Source of the DNA: an uncultured bacterium
GTDB lineage: Bacteria > UBP4 > UBA4092
DNA length: 64,000 bases
Direction: 5' to 3'
NCBI GenBank assembly: GCA_964644695.1
Contig: CAZXWN010000003.1
Location: forward strand, 62,001 to 126,000
The notes under the pieces are model-generated. The model did not search any database. It saw only the letters and a list, made by a program, of their open reading frames with translations, and was not told where the DNA came from. The position numbers were made by a program, and so were the translations under genes. Below, piece after piece: positions 58,327 through 64,000 of the stretch. Position 1 is the first letter of the stretch. Each line of letters opens with the position of its first letter.

Positions 58327-59802
58327 TTAGACTTTTTTGGGGAACAGCAGACTCGTGATTTGTCCGACTATCATCGTTGTCAGACACCCAACCATAGATA
58401 ACCAGGGCCATGCCAGCTTCGGATATAGTCCGGGGTAGAGTTCCCACGCCGCCGGCCAAGGGGGCACGACGGTTAACAGGACGAGGAACCCAGCAACCGC
58501 TCCGGTGATTACACCTAGTTGATGGGATTTTTTACTGAAGAAACCCATCAGGAAAATACCCAGAAGGGGACCAAAAGTATAGGAAGGAATAGTCATGACC
58601 AGGTCCAGCAGCGATTTCTGCGATTTTGAGGCCAGGATTGCTACTCCCAGTGTAATTAATCCGAAGACGACGGTAAATACTTTTCCCATATACAGATAGT
58701 GAGTATCCTGCGCATGGGGCTTAATGTAAGGTTTGTAGATATCGTTAATCAAGGCGTTGGACATGGGATTGAAATCATTAGAGCTCATGGCGGCGGCAAA
58801 TACCCCTGCTACCATCAACCCACCGAGTCCCAGGGGGAGATATTTAAGCGCAAATATGGGGAATATGTAGTCATTCTTGGGTATGGTGGTAAAGATGGTC
58901 GGCTCAACAAGGCTGTAAAATCCAAACAAGAGAGTTCCCAGTGTCAGGAAGAAGGCAAACTGGAAGAAGATAACCAATCCACTGCCGATGATGATTTTCT
59001 TCGCATTGCGTTCTGAGTTGGCGGCGAGCAGTCTCTGCGCGATACCCTGATCCGTTCCGTGGGTACACATGGTCAGGAAAGCACCTCCGATGAGTCCGGC
59101 CCAGAGTGCATAGGGAACAGTCAGGTCGGTGGTGAAATTGAAAAGCTGATATTTTCCGGCGGCCATTGCTGTATGAATAATGTTCGAACCGCCGATCGGG
59201 TGATAAAGAATGACTGCCATCGTGGTCAGGGCACTCAACATATAGATGATAAATTGAAGGACATCCGTCCAAACCACCGCCGCAAATCCACCCATTGTCA
59301 TATAAAGGATGGATAAGAGGGTGGTGATAATAATACTTTGAGTGGTATCAAATCCGGAGACTGCGGAAATCAAGATGGACCCGACAAATATTCGGGCACC
59401 AATTGCCAGTGACCGGCTGACAATGAAGCTTAATACGGCCACATTTTTAGTGGCGGCTCCAAATCGTTCTGTTAAATATCCATAAATGGAGAAATATTCA
59501 CCCTTATAGAGTCGGGGAATGAAGATGATGGAAATCAGGCACCTTCCGATGACATATCCAGCGGCAACTTGCAGGAAGGTAAGATTGCCGCCTTTAGGAT
59601 TAAACGCTGTGGCGGGAATGGAGAGGATCGTGACGGCGCTGGTTTCCTGGGCGATAATGGACAGGAGGATGGCCCACCAGGGAAGATTTTTGTTTCCAAG
59701 GAAATAATCGCGGGTTGTTTTCTGCCTTTTTGCAAAATAAAGGCCGAGCAGGGTGGTTCCTATCAGATACAAGGCAATAACAGCCATATCTAACGGTTTC
59801 AT
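58327..59802 (-). CDS. Sodium:solute symporter
   Basis: DYFLG..LPWWA, GGFAAVVWTD, GTDQ..AQR and AAAMSS; about 13 TM segments. Confidence 0.92.
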   Translation of the reverse strand: MKPLDMAVIALYLIGTTLLGLYFAKRQKTTRDYFLGNKNLPWWAILLSIIAQETSAVTILSIPATAFNPKGGNLTFLQVAAGYVIGRCLISIIFIPRLYKGEYFSIYGYLTERFGAATKNVAVLSFIVSRSLAIGARIFVGSILISAVSGFDTTQSIIITTLLSILYMTMGGFAAVVWTDVLQFIIYMLSALTTMAVILYHPIGGSNIIHTAMAAGKYQLFNFTTDLTVPYALWAGLIGGAFLTMCTHGTDQGIAQRLLAANSERNAKKIIIGSGLVIFFQFAFFLTLGTLLFGFYSLVEPTIFTTIPKNDYIFPIFALKYLPLGLGGLMVAGVFAAAMSSNDFNPMSNALINDIYKPYIKPHAQDTHYLYMGKVFTVVFGLITLGVAILASKSQKSLLDLVMTIPSYTFGPLLGIFLMGFFSKKSHQLGVITGAVAGFLVLLTVVPPWPAAWELYPGLYPKLAWPWLSMVGCLTTMIVGQITSLLFPKKV

Positions 59803-59874
59803 CGAAGACTCCAATAATCAACAGTATTGATACTGCACTGAATCATATCACAGGATGGAATGGGGAAATAAATT

Positions 59875-59906
59875 ACGGCCGCAGCCTAGATATCGGCTGC
59901 GGCCGT
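59875..59906 (-). terminator. Strong hairpin terminator
   Basis: ACGGCCGCAGCC...GGCTGCGGCCGT, followed on the minus strand by AATTTATTT. Confidence 0.7.
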
Positions 59907-59941
59907 TCCTTGTTACCCGAATATAATTATCAGATTACAGT

Positions 59942-60157
59942 TTAGTTCTGTCCGAACCAAAAAGCAAAACTGTCTTCATCACCAAAGTCATCTTCTTGAC
60001 GGCGGGTGGGTCGGATATACCGTTCGATCTCACTGTTGTCCATTTGATACAACAGTTCTTCTTCCATCTCGGTAATGTTTTCCCGACCGCCAAAATCGTC
60101 AATATCGTCGTAGTATTCGTCTTTCTGGTTCTTTGGTTTGCGACCTCGTTTGGCCAT
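59942..60157 (-). CDS. Small protein (71 aa) with basic N-terminus and acidic body
   Basis: GGAGGTG SD before MAKRGRKPK; has its own promoter and terminator. Confidence 0.7.
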   Translation of the reverse strand: MAKRGRKPKNQKDEYYDDIDDFGGRENITEMEEELLYQMDNSEIERYIRPTRRQEDDFGDEDSFAFWFGQN

Positions 60158-60275
60158 GGGGGCCACCTCCCTTATATAGATACAACAGTACTGTTTGTTA
60201 TCAGGTTGTTTTGGGTTTTTACCGCTGATGCTGTCTAGAATGACAGCATATTTATCAATCTCTGATTGGTGTAAA

Positions 60276-60304
60276 ACTCTATCAAAAAGATTCTGAACTG
60301 TCAA
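60276..60304 (-). promoter_or_regulatory. Sigma70-type promoter
   Basis: TTGACA-17 bp-TAGAGT. Confidence 0.6.
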
Positions 60305-60548
60305 TACCTATTTTAGAAATTATTAGATATTTTTGATTATTTTTTCTTCAGGATGAAATTATAAGTATGGGCAACTGGGTGTATGATGAAAGTTAAGTGT
60401 TTGATGATGAAAAAATAGTTCGACCTGTCAACTAATAGTCACAGCTGTATAAGGAAGGGGCAAGACTGGATGGTTAAAGGCCTCAACCTTTTGGTTGTAC
60501 TGAAAGTAATGATTGTAAAGACTATGCTAAAATGGGTTAACTGTAGGG

Positions 60549-61319
60549 ATGAATAACCTGATCTCAGCCAAATATGAAGGGATTCGGGGAACAATAAACC
60601 CGGAAACCATCGAACAAATGTCATACAAAATCACTATTCAGCCTGTTGCTCGGCAATGGGAAATATTTACCCGCGGAGCTCAAGCCGCGGGATTTAACTA
60701 TTTACTCCTGGACGAGACGGCTGAACCCTCCTACAACATCTCCCTGGCTGATATGTACCGTTTTTCCACTCGGCAACCTGTTCCAGAGTATTTTGCCCAA
60801 TTATTGGGCGAAGGTGGGCCTTTTATCCTGAGAGGGGAAAGTCATTGCCTGTTGTTTGATACCCGTGTCACTGGATTAATGCCGAGGATGCGGCTCTATT
60901 CCCGGAAATATCCCCCTGCCAAACTTCCCGTTTTAGCGGAGCGCATCTTATCGCAATTAGCCCAACAGTATAGCTATCTGGAATTGACCGCATTATTGAG
61001 TGAACGGGACTATATGATAGCCGACGAGAAGGTTCATCCTGACCGAAGTGTTGAGGTTGCCTGGCGCCGCTGGCATTTATCGGGTTTACAAACAGATGAA
61101 GTGACGGTCCTTTCCGGGCCACAAAAACAGGAAGTACGGGTTGTCATTGATTTACATGGCGTGGTAACGGTGGACCTGTCTGGGTATTCTGAAGAAAAAC
61201 AGGAAGAATACGGTAAATCACTGGGTCAAGAACTGGGTATTTTAATAAAAGTGGAAAAAGCATCTTCGGAGTCTTCTGCATCAAAGGAGGAGGCTGTTCT
61301 GCCCCCGGCAGAAGGCTGA
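60549..61319 (+). CDS. Hypothetical protein
   Basis: 256-aa ORF ending 9 bp before the next gene; no recognisable motif. Confidence 0.7.
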   Translation: MNNLISAKYEGIRGTINPETIEQMSYKITIQPVARQWEIFTRGAQAAGFNYLLLDETAEPSYNISLADMYRFSTRQPVPEYFAQLLGEGGPFILRGESHCLLFDTRVTGLMPRMRLYSRKYPPAKLPVLAERILSQLAQQYSYLELTALLSERDYMIADEKVHPDRSVEVAWRRWHLSGLQTDEVTVLSGPQKQEVRVVIDLHGVVTVDLSGYSEEKQEEYGKSLGQELGILIKVEKASSESSASKEEAVLPPAEG

Positions 61320-61328
61320 TTCTGACCT

Positions 61329-62264
61329 ATGCAATGTAGCTCCTGTGGATCACAAAACCTGCCGACCAGTGTCCGTTGTTACGATTGTGGAGCGGCCTTT
61401 CCGGATGAAAACAATTATCTGGTTGAATCTGAGAAAGTCTTAAGACCTGATAGTCGTTTATACCAATGGCTTCAAAAACTACCTCTCCCGTCGATTATTA
61501 TTGATGGTCAATTCACCCCGTTGTTATACAGAGCGGTATTATTACCTTTTGTGTGGATTCCCGGTCTGGCATTATGGGCAATGGATTATTATGAACGAGG
61601 GTTGGCCTACCTGGTAATGACCCTGGTTCCTTTACTGGTGGGATTGGCCATGTTCAACCACTGGATGTCAAACTGGCTGATTCCCCTGGGTTTTTTATGC
61701 TATATCTGGTCAATGGTGGATGGATTTTACACCTGGCGGGAACGGCATTATCCCATACTCCATTCCATGGGGAATCGAATCCGGGCTTTTATTTTTCTGG
61801 TATTTCTTTTGGTCGTGACGGCCTTGTTATGGGGGCCGCAGGTACGGTTTGTTGCCATAAATTATGAGGGCTATGAACCGCTGGTACAGGCGGGAGATGT
61901 CTTATTAGTCAATCCGTCTCCGAATACCACCCGTTCTTACCGACGAAATGATTTGGTAGTTATTACAGGAGCAGGCCAGGTGCGGTTAGGTCGAATCCTG
62001 GCATTTTCACAGGAGACTATCTATCATCGGATGGGTCAGTTTATGGCGAATGAGAAGTTGCTCAATGAGGGCATGGATACGACCGCTGCCGAAATATCTG
62101 ACCAGAAATTTGAAATACCGCAGAATAAATACCTGGTACTGACGGGATTATGGAACCCGACCCTCAGTGGATATACCACTGTTGAATTGTTGCCGGCGTA
62201 TAGTGTTGCAGGCCGGGTTGAGGCCGTTGCATTACCCACCGAGAATAGAAAACGATTGAGATAA
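61329..62264 (+). CDS. Zinc-ribbon/TM protein with a degenerate S26 signal-peptidase-like domain
   Basis: CSSC...CYDC, TM helices, then EPLVQAGDVLLV...RNDLVV...GRILAFSQETI...IPQNKYLV. Confidence 0.65.
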   Translation: MQCSSCGSQNLPTSVRCYDCGAAFPDENNYLVESEKVLRPDSRLYQWLQKLPLPSIIIDGQFTPLLYRAVLLPFVWIPGLALWAMDYYERGLAYLVMTLVPLLVGLAMFNHWMSNWLIPLGFLCYIWSMVDGFYTWRERHYPILHSMGNRIRAFIFLVFLLVVTALLWGPQVRFVAINYEGYEPLVQAGDVLLVNPSPNTTRSYRRNDLVVITGAGQVRLGRILAFSQETIYHRMGQFMANEKLLNEGMDTTAAEISDQKFEIPQNKYLVLTGLWNPTLSGYTTVELLPAYSVAGRVEAVALPTENRKRLR

Positions 62265-62269
62265 TCAGT

Positions 62270-63871
62270 TTATTTCGTTGCAGGTTTGATTAAGTTATCC
62301 GCACCCTCTTTGGGGAAATAGAGGGCGCCTCCAGCCAACTCCACCGGATTTCCAAATCCCACCGGAACCGTTTTTGTAAAAAGAAGTTTCTTCCAATATT
62401 CAATATCCGGGTCAGGTTGAATCTTTCTCACATTTGGAGTTAAGAGGATTCCCGTAATATGGGGTTCCATTTTCAAGAGCGTGGGCAGGTCGTCTTTACG
62501 AGGCAGCCATACCGTTCGATGGTCTCCATACCAGGCAACAAAGTCAGGCGTATCTGTAATCAAAACGCCAGTTCGGGCAATCTGTGGCAATTGTCCCTCG
62601 GTCAGCCACATTGGTTTCATGATTTGCGATTGATTTTGTGGTTTATCACCCAGTGTTACTTCTAAAATAGGGACACTGAATCCAACAATAACCATCATGA
62701 CCCAGGACATGGTCTTAATAATCGTTGCTTTTCCGGCCCATTGAACCAGCCGAATCAGATAGACGGTTCCCAGTGCCATAACCAGGGGGGCCAATCCCAG
62801 GAAGAATCGAAGTCCCGGTTCTGTAAGAGAAAGTCCCAGCCATGACAGGCCCAGCGCCGGTAGTATCCAGACCCCGGGGTGAGTCTTCTTCCATTCCAAC
62901 CGGGTCACGAAAAATCCAATCACTGCCAGTGGAACCAGGAAGGCATGGATACTCATAATAAACTTCAGATTAAGAAGAAGTTGTTTTCCCCACTTAAAAA
63001 GAACCTCTTCCCAATGCCCTATCGGAAATCCCGAATCGGTTACCATTCTAAACCGATACCATCCCGGCCAGGTGGGAGTGAACATTCCCCACAGGTCATA
63101 ACTCATATTAAACAGGGGATGTCCGGTGACCATCATGTTTCGGATCCACCAGGGGGACATTGTTAAAACTAAAGTGAGTAGATAAAGTCCGAGTAATTTC
63201 CATCGAATTTCTTTGGAGAGATTGATAAACAGATAAACCAGGAGGACAGGAATCAGAAAAATGGTTTCAGTCCGGGTCAGCCAGGCTATCCCCGTCAATA
63301 CACCTAAAACGCCGGTTCTGATGGGGGCCCATCCTTGACGGGTCCCGATGATGACCTGATACCCCAATAAGGCGACCAGGAACGAATATACCGGCTCCGA
63401 AAGTCCGGAAAAGGCCGATCCCTGAACCGCAGGTGCCAGTAACCATGCCAGGCCTGCCAACCACCCATAACTGGTATCTATCCATTCCTCAACGATTCGA
63501 ACCATCAGGCCCGCCGTTAAGATATAAAACAGACACCCTAAGAGAATCAAACTGGAAAGATTAAAATTTCCTGAAATCCTGAAGGCCATTGAGGCTAACC
63601 AGGGATATCCCGGGGGCCTCCATAAATTTGAATAGGGAACATGACCGGCATCCTGTTTCATCAGGATTGGATAGGTAAATTGACTGGAAAACCCTTCCCC
63701 CCGAACCAGTTGGCGGCCTTGTTGGGCATAATCCCAAATATCACCCAAAGGTGAAAAGGTGTCAGGACGGTATAAATTTGACCAGGCAGCCCAGACAAGT
63801 AACCACCCCATGACCAGAATTAAAAAAGCATATTTCCAACGGCCTAACAGAATTTTAAAAGGATTCATCAT
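62270..63871 (-). CDS. ArnT/PMT-like (GT-C) membrane glycosyltransferase
   Basis: D..DY...GRQL..G.G, RPPGYP, LSEP, LTRTE and PWWIRN; polytopic. Confidence 0.82.
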   Translation of the reverse strand: MMNPFKILLGRWKYAFLILVMGWLLVWAAWSNLYRPDTFSPLGDIWDYAQQGRQLVRGEGFSSQFTYPILMKQDAGHVPYSNLWRPPGYPWLASMAFRISGNFNLSSLILLGCLFYILTAGLMVRIVEEWIDTSYGWLAGLAWLLAPAVQGSAFSGLSEPVYSFLVALLGYQVIIGTRQGWAPIRTGVLGVLTGIAWLTRTETIFLIPVLLVYLFINLSKEIRWKLLGLYLLTLVLTMSPWWIRNMMVTGHPLFNMSYDLWGMFTPTWPGWYRFRMVTDSGFPIGHWEEVLFKWGKQLLLNLKFIMSIHAFLVPLAVIGFFVTRLEWKKTHPGVWILPALGLSWLGLSLTEPGLRFFLGLAPLVMALGTVYLIRLVQWAGKATIIKTMSWVMMVIVGFSVPILEVTLGDKPQNQSQIMKPMWLTEGQLPQIARTGVLITDTPDFVAWYGDHRTVWLPRKDDLPTLLKMEPHITGILLTPNVRKIQPDPDIEYWKKLLFTKTVPVGFGNPVELAGGALYFPKEGADNLIKPATK

Positions 63872-63940
63872 GAGTTAATTATAACTTTGTATACGGTATC
63901 CTGTAACCCTGTCTATATCAGGGTGTAAAGTCCAATTCTT

Positions 63941-63989
63941 TTCGAAGGATCCACGGAGTTGCTCGGAGCTGCTCCGTAGATGGTTCGTT
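63941..63989. repeat. Dispersed palindromic repeat, copy 3
   Basis: TTCGAAGGATCCACGGAGTTGCTCGGAGCTGCTCCGTAGATGGTTCGTT; first 18 bp identical to 34032-34049. Confidence 0.85.
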
Positions 63990-64000
63990 GATGAAAAAAT

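Noticed and set aside
60158..60304. N-terminal extension of the 120-aa ORF at 59942..60304
   Set aside because: Its TTG start is the -35 box, and the strong SD points to ATG 60157.

Overview
This is a bacterial chromosomal window with about 42 protein-coding genes and no rRNA, tRNA, CRISPR array, integrase or transposase that I can recognise. It is rich in carbohydrate-active and secreted hydrolases: GH31, GH2, GH116, GHL10-like, a DUF6259-like protein, an (alpha/alpha)6 glycosidase, an S8 protease, an Endonuclease I-FN3 protein, an esterase and an SGNH protein. Housekeeping genes include cysteine desulfurase, ADP-forming acetate-CoA ligase, hypE, thrB, ybaK, rmuC and two DAHP synthases. Accessory blocks are a solo NYN ribonuclease, a CD3324-family/rsgA pair with candidate leader peptides, an arsR-arsP-arsC-acr3 operon, and a GntR(YtrA)-ABC operon with duplicated mosaic permeases. 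The most interesting unexplained signals are: (1) a promoter-bounded structured RNA candidate at ~6842-7069; (2) a two-hairpin leader upstream of the NYN gene; (3) a dispersed ~50-bp palindromic repeat with CG dinucleotides phased every 10-11 bp; (4) permease paralogs with near-identical blocks alternating with hypervariable blocks and a visible deletion junction; (5) a stem-closed element with a CCCT-rich loop at 27806-27914. All family calls come from motifs recognised by eye, not from database searches.
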